63,796 nt of DNA, filler included, from Octopus bimaculoides (GCF_001194135.2; 7 parts of 6 records of this genome joined end to end with filler, not necessarily neighbours in it); one strand, 5' to 3'; positions 50,660-63,796 are shown, numbered from the whole stretch's first letter. A program made the numbers and translations. Notes: generated by a model from the sequence alone, not told the origin.

Positions 50660-51704
50660 ACAGATAAAGAGCATAGGTATAAAATCTTTGGGGAAAGGAA
50701 CAATGATGGAGCTGGTGGTGTGGGCATACTTCTTACTGAGAATGGGTTATTGAGGTAGTCTGAGTGCGTGATAGAAGACTTAGATTAGTTTTGAAAAATG
50801 GAACAGCAACCATTATCTCAGCTTACACCCCTCAACTGGGACTACCTGATGAACAGAAAGACTGGTTTTATGACACCCTTTTGCAGACTACCTGATCGAC
50901 AAATGACAGTGACCTTCCGTTTGTGGCTGGTGACTTCAATGGGCATGTTGGGCAACATCCAAGTGGCTTCCATGGCATGCATGGTGGCAATGGATTTGGT
51001 CCGTGTAACTAGGCTGCAGGAGTTCTGTGATGCAAATGACCTTATGATCTGCAATACTAACTTCAGGAAATCTGCCAGTTACCTGTTCACCTACCAGTCT
51101 GGTGGGCATACTAGTCAGATTGACTACATTTTTACCAGAAAACATGAAAGATATGCCAAAACTTTCCCAGGTGAAGAATACACCCTTCAACATAGGTTCG
51201 TTATTATTGACTTTAGAATCAAGGCTAAAAAGCTGCCAAGAAGACAACCAGTGTTGAACAGAAAGATCTGGAAGCTTAAGGATCCTCTGCATGGTCATAG
51301 ATTTAGAGACATGTTACTTGAAGCTTTTGACAAAAAAAGAGGAGAATGTAGTGACATGGAGGACAACTGGAGGTTCCCCCAGGATAACATATTGAGGGCC
51401 ACTGACCAAATTTGTGGCTGAGGAATTCAAGACTGGCTGCCCCTGGAAGCTCCTCTACACTGGTGACCTTGTTCTTATAGCTGAATCACTACCTGACCAA
51501 GAGAAGAAATTTCAAGCGTGGAAACAAGGCCTGAAATTTAAGGTCCTTAGAGTTAATTTAGCAAAAACAAGAGTCCTAGTAAGTAAGAAAACAGACAAAT
51601 CACAAGTCCCTTCAGAGAGAAGGTGCTGCTTGGTATGTAAGAAGGGTGTTGGTGGAAACTCCTTACTTTGTACCCAGAAGAGGTATAGCAATATCACAGG
51701 AAGG
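50660..51704 (+). mobile_element. Decayed RTE/RTEX LINE (APE C-terminal half joined by deletion to RT)
   Basis: VAGDFNGHVG, FTYQSGGHTSQIDYI, then GCPWKLLYTGDL; same family as 34760-35900. Confidence 0.85.
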
Positions 51705-51804
51705 NNNNNNNNNNNNNNNNNNNNNNNNNNNNNNNNNNNNNNNNNNNNTTAATTAATTAANNNNNNNNNNNNNNNNNNNNNNNNNNNNNNNNNNNNNNNN
51801 NNNN
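51705..51804. other. Artificial scaffold-joining spacer
   Basis: N44-TTAATTAATTAA(51749-51760)-N44. Confidence 0.97.
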
Positions 51805-52929
51805 AGTTCACTTGCAAACGAGCTTCCTTTTTCCGTGTGTTGGAATTGACATGAAATTTACAACAACAAAAAAAAAAAGAAAGAAAGAAAAGAAAAGGAA
51901 AGAAAAGAATAAAAGACAGTACAAGAACGGAACCAAAAACAAAGGAACATATAAGCACGATGAAACCATGCGACAGGAAACCCGTTGATGATGATGATGA
52001 TAATAATAATAATAATAATAATAATGATAGTAATAGTAATTGGGTGATGATAATAATGATGTTGATGACGATAACGAGGAAGGTGGTGATGATGGTGATG
52101 ATGATGATGATGACGATGATGACGGTGATGATGATAGGGGAGGTGAAGATGATGATGTTGATGATGATGATCATCATCATCATTTGATTGTTGCCAGAAG
52201 GGTCCATATATTAAATACGAAATGCTTCGTTGAAAAGAGGTTACAAAATGCGTGTGAATGTGCAGGAACGGAATATAATGAACGTTTGGTGAGGTTAAAG
52301 TTGTAATACAATATACGAACAGAAGTTACATGGGTTTCCTTTTTTCGTTTTTATACCCTTTGCTTTACACAAAGCAAATGCGTATGCATAAAATTCAAAC
52401 TAGAACAACCACATAGAGGTTAGAAAGTGCTAAAAAGATAGGATCAGGGTACCCCATTATTCTGCATACCATGTGCAAACTGCGTTTTCCCAAATTGCCC
52501 ATGAGCTCTTTCGATTTCAAGTGACCCGTAACATACGAACATAATCTGAAGCATGATTTATGCCATGTCGATAGACTTGTAGCTTCAACATGTTATTTGA
52601 TATGTCCTGCTTTCTTTTCCAGAATACCTGGTGGGTAGGCTGTTTCATTGTAAGGAAATTGTTTATATCACTTTTTGTTTGTGCTCACAATTTTTACCCC
52701 TCTTAATTCTGTTATTGGTAGTTCCCAAATTAACCTAATGGACTCGTTATTTTGTTGTTTTTACATGAACCGCTACCCTATAATCACCCCACTTTTCCTC
52801 AACACCCCCTTGGAACTTCCCACCACCCCCATGGAGGGGGGCAATATTGCCTACTTTGAGAACCATTGATCTACGTGATCGTCATACCTGCTGGAAGTAG
52901 ATACCAGTTTTCCTTTCATGTCATACTAT

Positions 52930-53385
52930 AGGCACAGGAGTGGCTGTGTGGGGGCAACTTGGGTGTCTTCTACTATAGTCTCGGGCCGACCAAGGCCTTG
53001 TGAGTGGATTTGGTAGACGGAAACTGAAAGAAGCCCGTCGTATATATGTATATGTATATNNNNNNNNNNNNNNNNNNNNNNNNNNNNNNNNNNNNNNNNN
53101 NNNNNNNNNNNNNNNNNNNNNNNNNNNNNNNNNNNNNNNNNNNNNNNNNNNATATATATATATATATATATACGTATGTTTGTGTGTCTGTGTTTGTCCC
53201 CCCAACATCGGTTGACAACCGATGCTAGTGTGTTTACGTCCCTGTAACCTAGCGGTTCGGCAAAAGGGAACCAATAGAATAAATACTAAGCTTACAAAGA
53301 ATAAGTCCTGGGGTCGATTTATTCGACTAAAGGCGGTGATCCAGCATGGCCGCAGTCAAATGACTGAAACAAGTAAAAGAGAGTA
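52930..53385 (+). repeat. SINE family A, full form with internal (AT)n microsatellite
   Basis: Head + (AT)n/gap + tail ...ccagcatggccgcagtcaaatgactgaaacaagtaaaag; homologues at 42330-42745(+), 53838-54170(+), 33930-34320(-), 49660-50070(-) and 28775-28990(-). Confidence 0.88.
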
Positions 53386-55321
53386 AACGTCTTAAACAAA
53401 TCCGAGATAACCACGGTAACATTGCTTTTGAGAAAAGACTGCCAAGTCATCAGGGCTGACGTGAAGTTCAACAACAAGAACGACAGGCAAAACACCAAAG
53501 ACAGCACCACCACCAACAACATCATCAACAACAACAGTACCAGCAATAAATTAATACTTTCAATTTTCACATATTGTACTATTTGTGTTAATGCAATAAA
53601 GTATTTGCTTTGTTTATTTTTCTCAAACCGTTTTATTATCCTGTTTTAAATTTATTTTGCATTGTCACGGAACAGCCACCTTTTCAATAATGAGACTGAC
53701 ACGCTGCCTACTGTGCTACCGACATTAACGAGGGAGCCACCACGTGGGCATCAGATCCGCTAGAAATAGCAATGAGATCTCACTTGAATTGATATGTTCC
53801 TTGATACACAGTATATAAAAACAACCATGCATATGGGCGCAGGAATCGCACAGGCGCAGTAACGGCTGTGCGGTAAGTAGCTTGCTTACCAACCACATGG
53901 TCCCGGGTTCATTCTCACTTCGTAGACCATGTGTAAGTAGTCTACTACTTAGAACCTCGGGCCGACCGAAGCCTGGTAAGAGGATTTGGTAGATGGTAAC
54001 TGAAAGAATCCCGTCGTATATATATAACTTATCGGTTCGGGAAGAAGACAGATGGAATAAGTACGAGGCTTACAGAGAATAAGTCATGGGGTCGATTTCT
54101 TCGACTAAAGGCGGTGCTCCAACATGGCCGCAGTCAAAATGACTGAAGCAAATAAAAGAATAAAGAAATACAAAAGAGAGAGCTGTCGTGGTTAGAATGC
54201 CTTTCTCGTCATCAATCTGTTTGTTCACAGCAAATCTTGATCCCAAAGAGCAATCGATCTTTGCGAAATTTTTTCACCGGATGTTGTTGTTATTATCCTT
54301 TGCTATTTAACCCCACACTACTCCTGATCCACCTGACCTATATTCAAAGATGTTACAGCCTTGACCTTTCGGTGCCGTTTCTTTTCCTTTCTTTTTTCTT
54401 CAAACATATTGATTACATTGCTCAATGTGTCCTTCGTTATTTTGTAATGCGTATGAGTAGAGTGTAAATGCAATGAGATTCAACAGATATTTTTTAAGCA
54501 GGCCAAGTGACAACATACATTTATCTTCGATGCATCGGTTAGAATAATTTAATTTTAGGTGCATCCTTGATAAAAGTGATTTACATGCAATAATTCACTA
54601 GTTAACATAATTACCGCCAACTTGTCAATTAGCGTGAAATTTTCCCAAAATGAAAGGACAACTGTACCAAAACATCTAGGCATGAATATGGATGTTACTG
54701 CTGCCGCTACCGCTGCTGCTGTTACCCCTGCCCCCAATGCCGCTACCGCTGCTGTTGTTGCTGTTGTTTATTATGATGGCTGTGCTGTTTATTGGCTGGT
54801 TAAATCTGATCCAGAAGTTTCATTATCAAACATGTCCCATCTTTCATCACACGCTTCTTTATTTCTTTTTTTGCTTGTTTAGAACAAAATTATCTATTGC
54901 AATTCATTTAAAACAAAACAAAAAAAAAATGTTTAAGACTTTGTGGCTTTCGTTCTCAAACAGGCTGCTGTGGAAGTAATCTGGTTTGCAGCAGGATGCG
55001 TCTTGGTTCGCGGCAAATGTTTAAAAATATAACTCAATGCTGTAGAAAATTCACTGCAAATCTTGAACGTGTTGATAAAGTTGTTCTTCGCGTTTATCTT
55101 CATATATGATAGTGACTTTTGGTAATTGTTTTCCTTCTTAATTAATATCCACCTTTATTTTACTTCTAGTTGAAAAAGTCTCAAAGGCAGAAACCGGTAC
55201 GAACCATTACAAAATGTATTGCATGATAAAATTACTTTAGCATTTTCTACCTTGCCTTAATTTCCTTATACATATCAATTCGTATGTCACTTTTCAACAT
55301 TATATGTATGTGCGTGCGTGC

Positions 55322-55362
<41 letters not shown>

Positions 55363-55455
55363 CGTATGCATGTGAAAGTGTGTTAATATTCACGTATGTT
55401 TAGTTGTGATTAGCGGGAATTTAAAATGGGGAGGAGGGGAGATAGATAGAGAGAG

Positions 55456-55556
<101 letters not shown>

Positions 55557-55692
55557 CAAAGGCTTCAACCTGGCCCCAATCTTTAAGGGGACTGCTGTTA
55601 AGTGAAGGACATCAAGTGAAAGCATGATTTACATATTGGTCAGATAAATAAACTTTTACTGTCCACATCATTATGAACATCAACAGCTGTTC

Positions 55693-55741
<49 letters not shown>

Positions 55742-57138
55742 CATGTATGACTGCGCTTATCGAGGTTAAACCACAGGGGTACCTCGGATTAAAATTCAAT
55801 AACACAAGCCAACGAAGGAACATCTACACATTTGTTTCAGGTGCTAGAAATAGCAGTCAAATACATCTGGAATCCCAAATGAAAGATTTTGTTGTGGTAA
55901 ATGACGTGAATTAATAACAACGACGAGATGGTCATGGTTGGCACCTGTCCAATGTACATCTGGTTGATTATGAGATCAGGATTGTAAATGAACAATATTT
56001 CTCGCTGTTCATTGTACACAACAATCTATATTAATACAATTGGTAAAAGTATCGCAGATGAGAGAGAGAGAGAGGGGGGAGGGGGTGAAGAGATACGAAC
56101 AGAGAGAGAGGGGGAATAGAGAAACAGACAGACAGACAATCAGAGAGTCAGGCAGACAGACAACAGACAGACAGATTGAAAGATAGATAGAGCATGAAGT
56201 CATAACCAAAGGATGCCGTAGTGTGGTATTGGTGTTTTGTGATCTTCTTCGATTGAGTTTTGATTGTTTTGGCAACATGTTTATATAAAATGATAAGTAT
56301 GTAAGTTAGCATGCAGTTTAGTCTCCTAAAGAAAGTGAAAATAAACTATAATAGAAACCGGATGTGCCATCAACAAGATCGAATAATTTCATTATAATTA
56401 TATAACATAAAAAATATCAATCTGTCTATCTATCTATATACATACATGGACACACACACACACACACACACACACANNNNNNNNNNNNNNNNNNNNNNNN
56501 NNNNNNNNNNNNNNNNNNNNNNNNNNNNNNNNNNNNNNNNNNNNNNNNNNNNNNNNNNNNNNNNNNNNNNNNNNNNNNNNNNNNNNNNNNNNNNNNNNNN
56601 NNNNNNNNNNNNNNNNNNNNNNNNNNNNNNNNNNNNNNNNNNNNNNNNNNNNNNNNNNNNNNNNNNNNNNNNNNNNNNNNNNNNNNNNNNNNNNNNNNNN
56701 NNNNNNNNNNNNNNNNNNNNNNNNNNNNNNNNNNNNNNNNNNNNNNNNNNNNNNNNNNNNNNNNNNNNNNNNNNNNNNNNNNNNNNNNNNNNNNNNNNNN
56801 NNNNNNNNNNNNNNNNNNNNNNNNNNNNNNNNNNNNNNNNNNNNNNNNNNNNNNNNNNNNNNNNNNNNNNNNNNNNNNNNNNNNNNNNNNNNNNNNNNNN
56901 NNNNNNNNNNNNNNNNNNNNNNNNNNNNNNNNNNNNNNNNNNNNNNNNNNNNNNNNNNNNNNNNNNNNNNNNNNNNNNNNNNNNNNNNNNNNNNNNNNNN
57001 NNNNNNNNNNNNNNNNNNNNNNNNNNNNNNNNNNNNNNNNNNNNNNNNNNNNNNNNNNNNNNNNNNNNNNNNNNNNNNNNNNNNNNNNNNNNNNNNNNNN
57101 NNNNNNNAAAGCAATGCCTTGACCGACACGCATACACA

Positions 57139-57192
<54 letters not shown>

Positions 57193-57846
57193 CCACACTC
57201 CAATGCCTATCGCCATTTTTAACCTCTGATATTTCATATTCCCTCTTCTCCTTTATATAATATGTGAACGTCTATCTGCCTGTCTGTTTTTTCTTTTCTT
57301 TTTGTTTAACCTTTCGCAGTGCATTTGGCATTGTCTGTTCTACTTTGATGGTTCACTACAAACCCTATAAATATTTTGACTTCGGTGATGTATATTTGTC
57401 AAAAACCGTCGCCATTTTGTTACCCATGTGGCTAACAAAACATGCTGTTCCGTTTATAAATGTAACACTCATGTTCCAATTGTTTCTTTGTTTTCTTTGT
57501 TATGTTCTTATTTAATTTATCGTTATGGACGTGCTCCCCGCACCAAGCTGTCTCTCTTGCGGCAATAAAATCATCGCAGTACCAGTTGCGTGGGTGGTAG
57601 GGGTCATTACGTGTTTTTTAAGTTTAATGGTTGTTTTATTTCTTCTGCTTCAACCTTCAGCTGAGATTTTTGTCGTTTTAATTTACTTTTCCTTTTTGTT
57701 GTGTCTTTTGATTTTCTTTCTGCTTTTTCGTTTTTTAACAAAAAGAAAGGAAGAGAAAGGGGACGAGGAGAGAAATAGATTAGACAAGTAGACGTGTAGA
57801 TAGATATATACACTGATAAATAGATAAATTGACATACAGACAGACA

Positions 57847-57946
57847 NNNNNNNNNNNNNNNNNNNNNNNNNNNNNNNNNNNNNNNNNNNNTTAATTAATT
57901 AANNNNNNNNNNNNNNNNNNNNNNNNNNNNNNNNNNNNNNNNNNNN
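57847..57946. other. Artificial scaffold-joining spacer
   Basis: N44-TTAATTAATTAA(57891-57902)-N44. Confidence 0.97.
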
Positions 57947-58749
57947 GAGAATTGAAGCTCTAGCCAGAATTCGAAATCATTTTCCAGGTACATCTATTAT
58001 CTCATTCTACGCCTTTTTAGCTAAGATGGTACGTTAAATTCTACTCGTTTGCCCGATATCCGTTGGTCCGTTGCATATTTTCGGTGAGATTGGTGGTTAC
58101 GTTGGGGGCTTTTATTTCCACTTTCTAGCAAGCCAGTACCTCGTGAACCCTCTAATATAATTTTATATATATATATGTTTAATAAATCTCTGAACAAGGT
58201 ATAAACAGTAGCTGCACGACTACGTGAAGTATATTTGCCACTTAAATGTGGCTAACCGCTAAGGGTGGATGCTACTGTAGTTTGTAGCCCCAGGAGCCCC
58301 AGGAGCCCCAGCATCCCCAGCATCCCATCCAGTACCTTAGGTTTCCTGCAAGTAGACCGAGGTCATCTGCATTTTATGTCGTCTGAGGGAACTGACTGAT
58401 GGCTAGAATATAATTATTGCTAGTCGAACAGCAGGAGGGCCAAGGTGGTATGATTGCTGTAGTAGTGCACACTAAACACCCGATATTGAATGCACTATCG
58501 CAATGAGCATTCTGCTTTTTCGTCCCTTATGTAACGTATAAGTGTATGTATGCTTGTGTGTGCGCGCGCGCGTCTGTGTGTTTGTGTGTGTGAAGAGCGA
58601 AAGATCCACTGAATTCGAAAATGAGCTGCAAAAATCGATAGATCTGATCTTATGATTCCTTTTCCAAGTGAAAGTAAATCGTTCTCTTTTAACAAGCAAT
58701 ATTTCTTTTAATATTTATTTTTGGGGTTTTGTATATCTATAAGTATATG

Positions 58750-58786
<37 letters not shown>

Positions 58787-58796
58787 NNNNNNNNNN

Positions 58797-58854
<58 letters not shown>

Positions 58855-60579
58855 TGTGTGTATGTATGTATGTATGTATGTATGTGTGTGTGTATGTATT
58901 TGTGTATGCGTATGTGCGTATAAATTTAAGCTGTATTTATGTATGGTCCCAATGGATATATCATCATTTATCCCGTTTTTGTTTTATGTTATTTCAGTTT
59001 GATTTCTTCTGTTCTAAAATATCTGTTTATATTGTTACAGTTTATATTCTTATCGATGTTTTATACTTTGACACTTTTTATTTATTTCTTCGGCTTTTAA
59101 TTGTTTTGGTGAACGATTATTTAGTCTTTCGGTTATTTAACCGGTCGGGCAGTCGGACGGTCGGACGTTCAGTTAGTTGGTTTGTTGGTTGGCTGGTTGG
59201 TTGCTTGGTTGGTTCATGCGTTCGTTCGTTATTTGATATCTTCGTTGTTTTAAATTAACCAACAAACTTAACATATATTTTTCTATTTATTTTGAAGGGG
59301 AAACGTTTATCTTCATTCTTCCTTTTTCAATCCTTTGCTTATGCCTTTTTTTTTTCTTTTTCACTTTCTATTATTGTTTTTCAAAAAGTTTTTCCTTTTT
59401 AAATTTCTTTCCTATCGCCATTAGCTTATCGATAATTCGAATTGCTTTGCTACTGTTGCCTTCGTTGTTTAGTTTCTTTTTAATTCTTCTCTTGTCTTAA
59501 AGAAGCATGTCGATTCCTTTGTTATTATTGTTGTTAATGCGTTTTTATGTGGTTTTTATTTTTTTGTGGGGAGTGTTGCTGTGAGTTGAGTTTAGCTTCT
59601 TTTTAGATTTGTCTGTTTTTAAAGGATGTATTTTTTTATTGTTTTTGATGAATTTTGCCACTCACAATCTGCTGTCGTCTGCCAGCTGCTTCCATACCAT
59701 ATCTTTAACAGTTATTCGTTCATTTATCGTTTACTTGTTTCAAGATTGTTCTTCGCTGTATGCTCAACAAAATCAACAACCACGAAAAAAAATAAAACAA
59801 GAAGTAAAATATATTATGGATAAAGTGGATGGAAAAAAGGAAGTTATACAAAAAGAAATTCATTAGTTCAAGACGAAGAAACTCAGAACGTAAAGAAACG
59901 AACGTAGCATTTGGGGAGAAAGAAGACAAATAAGAAGTTACTTTCCACTTTGATGCCTTTTACAGACGATCTTTCTTAGCGTTTCATCATTTTACTATAT
60001 AATTTCTTTTCGGTATTATATATGACATTTTTGTTTCCCCCAAGACCCTATCTGTTGCATGATTCGACAAACAAGTAGTTATCGCCACTCTCTTTTTCTC
60101 TGTTTTCACCTCATTTACATTATAGATGTCGTATGCGGTTTATCTCTCTACTGTATATGTGTGTCTGTGTGTGTACATATGAATCTCTCTTTCTCTCTCC
60201 CTTTTCTCTTTCTCTCTCTCTCATTCTATATATATATATATTTATATATACATATATATATTATATATATATATATGTGTGTGTGTGTATGTCCATGTAA
60301 GTGTGTTTGTATGTTTGAGTGTGAACAGTGTTTGTATATACGCATATAGTTGTTTCTGTCACTTTCTCTCGCATTGTCTATCATACTCTCATCCAGTCTC
60401 TTTTTCGAACTTTCACCTTTCACTTTTCCAGATTTCTCATTTTTCTTTTTCTCATTAAGCAACTTATATCGCTTTCTCAAGCACACACACACGAAAACAC
60501 ACTCACAGAGATACACATACACATACACACACACATACACGCACACACACACAAACACGCACATACATACATATACACA

Positions 60580-60611
<32 letters not shown>

Positions 60612-60711
60612 NNNNNNNNNNNNNNNNNNNNNNNNNNNNNNNNNNNNNNNNNNNNTTAATTAATTAANNNNNNNNNNNNNNNNNNNNNNNNNNNNNNNNN
60701 NNNNNNNNNNN
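60612..60711. other. Artificial scaffold-joining spacer
   Basis: N44-TTAATTAATTAA(60656-60667)-N44. Confidence 0.97.
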
Positions 60712-61255
60712 CTGGACAATCTTGAGGGTGGCCTTCCCTGAGAGGTTTACGTTCAGTACACCAATCCGTGATGATATGAATTGGCAAGAAGCGACCCTCG
60801 AAGCCCATTCCTTACTTACGATGAATCCGGTACCTCCGACCGATCTGGTATCTTCTGCTCTCCCTAATCTCACAGCGCATCCATCTTGCCATCGTATACT
60901 CGCCTCCTTCGTCTGGCGGGTCTCACACAGCCCTAACACGTCGCACCTGATCTTCCTCTCCTCCATTAGGTGGTTCAGTTCTTGCCACCCTGCCAAGGGC
61001 CTGCAGTTGTAGGTGCATATGGCAAGGTTAATCTTCTTCCATGAGGGTCCACGGGAACCTGTGATTCTTAGCAACTTCTCGTCACTCGGGTTGCACTCCG
61101 CCGTCATGGAGTGACCCGAATGACGTGCAGGGTACTGAGGTCCTTTTCCTTTTCTCTTCGTTAGGGAAACTGAAGGGAAACTGATAGGAAACTGATAGGG
61201 AAACTGAAGGAGTATTTAAGGAAGACTAAGGGAGTTTGTCTGAGAGAGAAGAGAA
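60712..61255 (-). mobile_element. RTE-1-like LINE 5' UTR plus APE N-terminus (inverted segment)
   Basis: ICTYNCRPL...DVLGLCETR...VGGTGFIV...SSRIGVL...LKIVQ, cut at the scaffold end. Confidence 0.88.
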
Positions 61256-61885
61256 GAGTCTCGGGGGAAACTACGAAGTTACTCGAGAAGAGGAAAAATA
61301 CGAAGAGGACTATTGAAGATCACCTTGAATATTCCCTTCTCAGCAGAGTGATTCGTCAGCAACTGAAGAGAGACTTTGAAGTATACCGGATGGAGTAGCT
61401 GCTGAAGGCCGCAGAAGAAAAGAAGAGCCTCAAGAAATGCTAGAGGGACATAGCACTATATAGATCGGAGGTGACGGCCCTGAAGAATACAGATGGAGTA
61501 CCGGTCAACTATAAGAACGAGATGGAAAAAGTCTGCGAAGACTTCTACTTCAAGCTCTTCAAGTCTACCAGAAATGTCCAGCCATTACCACCACTCCAAC
61601 AGGAAGAAAATGTGCCACCTATCCTGACAGTGCGGTCGAAAGAGCCATCGGCTTGATGAAAAACGGAAAGGCGCCAGAGAAAGACAATATAACATCGGAG
61701 GTGTTAAAGTCAGGCAGAGAGAAACTCTGGAAAAATCCTCGCCGAGCGATTCACGCACTATCTAGACAAGGGAAGAATTCCCTTGCAGTGGGAAGAGTCA
61801 AATACCATCCTGTTATATAAGAAGAGCGATAGAGAAGATCTAAAGAACTGACCTGCTGTCTCACGTGTACATGCTGTTCACAAAG
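61256..61885 (+). mobile_element. RTE-1-like LINE APE-RT linker and RT start (sense segment)
   Basis: LEYSLLSRVIRQQLKRDF, EKVCEDFYFKLF, KNGKAPEKDNITSEVLK, ILLYKKSDREDLKN. Confidence 0.85.
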
Positions 61886-61923
61886 ATACAGGGTATCTAA
61901 GAGATCTCTTAGATACCCTGTAT
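61886..61923. repeat. Perfect 38-bp palindrome (TA-flanked minimal Tc1/mariner-type TIR pair)
   Basis: ATACAGGGTATCTAAGAGATCTCTTAGATACCCTGTAT equals its reverse complement. Confidence 0.9.
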
Positions 61924-62414
61924 TATAATTTTAAATAATTATTACCTTTGATGGTTTTTATTCCCATGCTGGCCACTTGATAAGATCAATATTTTAAATA
62001 TCGACCTTATCCTTATTTATATAAATTAGTTTTGTCAGTGTATTTACTGCGCTGATATTCTGTCCGTATCGCACAGGGAGTTTTTAGGCGGACTATTTAA
62101 GCTAGTCGTGTACATACGTGCATATATATATGTGTATATTTCCGTATATGTAAGTATACTGCTTATATACATATATTTGTATTCATGTACTTGAGTATAT
62201 TCCACCGATGAAGGCAAAGCATTATTTATGCAAAGCCAGAAATCCAGGATCTGGAATTATCTTTTTATTTTTACTGGTTTATTTTGTCTTCGTCTTCGCT
62301 CCTTGTACTATGTGGACATTTATTGTGGTTTTAGAGTCAGAATTTGAATGCTATTTTTCAGCGTGGCGGTATCTCTTAGATACCCTGTATTATAATTTAT
62401 ATATATATATATAT

Positions 62415-62514
62415 NNNNNNNNNNNNNNNNNNNNNNNNNNNNNNNNNNNNNNNNNNNNTTAATTAATTAANNNNNNNNNNNNNNNNNNNNNNNNNNNNNN
62501 NNNNNNNNNNNNNN
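62415..62514. other. Artificial scaffold-joining spacer
   Basis: N44-TTAATTAATTAA(62459-62470)-N44. Confidence 0.97.
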
Positions 62515-62553
62515 TGTCTGTGTCTGTGTGTGTGTGTGTGTGTGTGTGTAATC

Positions 62554-62755
62554 TAGAGAAAAGAACCAAAGTTCATGAACTCATCCATGAAAATCCACAG
62601 TCACATATAGAAAAATTTACTAAATACACTAAAAAGAACTATAATAAAATACAAGGTAATACTCATAAAATAATACTTTATTTACTTATTAATTGTTTCT
62701 ATATGTGACTGTGGATTTTCATGGATGAGTTCATGAACTTTGGTTCTTTTCTCTA
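62554..62755. mobile_element. MITE with perfect 58-bp TIRs and TA TSD
   Basis: 62554-62613 is the exact reverse complement of 62696-62755 including the terminal TA; 82-bp AT-rich core. Confidence 0.85.
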
Positions 62756-62889
62756 AATTATATATTTATATATTATATACTGTGAGACTTAATTTAACTT
62801 TAATTTTTGATAAATTGAATTTAATTGAGTTTTTACCTGTAAATTTGGATTTTTATCCTTAATATTGTTATTGTTCAGTAGATTTATTT

Positions 62890-63119
62890 TTATAACGTGC
62901 TTTCACTTCACTACGGAGCGCAGCTCTGTGTGCCTTGGGTATGTGCTGTGGTTTGCTGTGGTGCTCTTATGGTTACTGTATTGAAAGTGTTTTGCGTAAG
63001 ATGTGTGCAGTGCCCAGTAGTGCAATTTTCTGTATGTTATATATATTTGTAAGTCCTGGTGTTTTTGTTATGTATTTGTCTGAATATTTTTTTTATTATA
63101 CCTAAGGCACCTACTATGA
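62890..63119 (-). mobile_element. R4/Dong-clade 3' end fragment
   Basis: Minus strand reads IIVGALGIIKK/...GLTNIYNIQKIALLGTAHILRKTLSIQ* plus 3' UTR. The 5'-truncated end abuts an (AAT)n tract at 63120-63177. Confidence 0.75.
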
Positions 63120-63181
<62 letters not shown>

Positions 63182-63490
63182 CATATACATATGTGTGTGT
63201 GTATGCGTGTGTGCTTTTGTGTGTATATATTTGTGTGTGACTCTGTGTTTGTGTGTATATATATAAGCTCAATCGATGTACATGCGAACACGCGTTTGTA
63301 TATATTCCCATTCCGATTAATGTCTTCTACTCAATTTTTCATTTTTCTTTTTGCCTGTCATTCAACACCTTTTAGCTATTTGCATCGTTTGAATATTTAC
63401 TGCCCTTGTGTCAAATAAAGCATCCTCCTCCTTCATTGTCATCATCATCATGATAATCATTATCATTGTTATTATTATTGTTGTGGTTAG

Positions 63491-63568
<78 letters not shown>

Positions 63569-63576
63569 TATTATTG

Positions 63577-63796
63577 AGTGAGAGAGCAGAGCATGCCACC
63601 AAAGTGACACTGGGATAAAATATACGAAGCCCATTATACCCTTCATGACTACCCGTCTGATAAGGGTACACCAGGCACATGCATCACAACCATATGTGCG
63701 CGACATGGTGGTCTTATATCAATGTAAGCAGCGTATGACATTTCAAGTAGGGCCCAGTTAGAATTTTCTTCAGATCGAGTAGCCCATCCCGCTCAA
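63577..63796 (-). repeat. 3' part of the same (AAT)n-tailed element
   Basis: Reverse complement matches 7380-7605; mixed (AAT)/(AAC) tail at 63420-63576. Confidence 0.85.

Overview
AT-rich animal genomic DNA, dense in microsatellites, SINEs and decayed transposons. The repeat families look like those of an octopod cephalopod (Octopus-like); this is recalled resemblance, not a database result. The window is not one locus. Six identical artificial 100-nt spacers (N44-TTAATTAATTAA-N44) join seven separate scaffolds: 1-12970, 13071-24476, 24577-51704, 51805-57846, 57947-60611, 60712-62414 and 62515-63796. Two spliced host genes, both on the minus strand and mostly missed by the ORF track, were rebuilt by hand from GT-AG sites with consistent phases. 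(1) A partial PMP22/claudin-superfamily (Clc-like) tetraspan gene with five visible exons at 1565-10481. (2) An apparently complete 5-exon, 994-aa type-I membrane protein at 26065-45342, with a signal peptide, one CUB-like ectodomain, a TM helix and an ~800-aa disordered cytoplasmic tail carrying ITIM/ITSM-like tyrosine motifs. The rest is mobile DNA: mariner, Tc1, hAT, Ty3/Gypsy nested in a mariner, RTE, Tx1/L1 and R4/Dong LINE fragments, MITEs, several SINE families and perfect or near-perfect inverted repeats. I found no prokaryotic-type system, CRISPR array, rRNA or functional tRNA. The best candidates for follow-up are the CUB-like receptor, the (AAT)n-associated Dong/partner elements, a 5'-inverted RTE and a perfect 157-bp inverted repeat.
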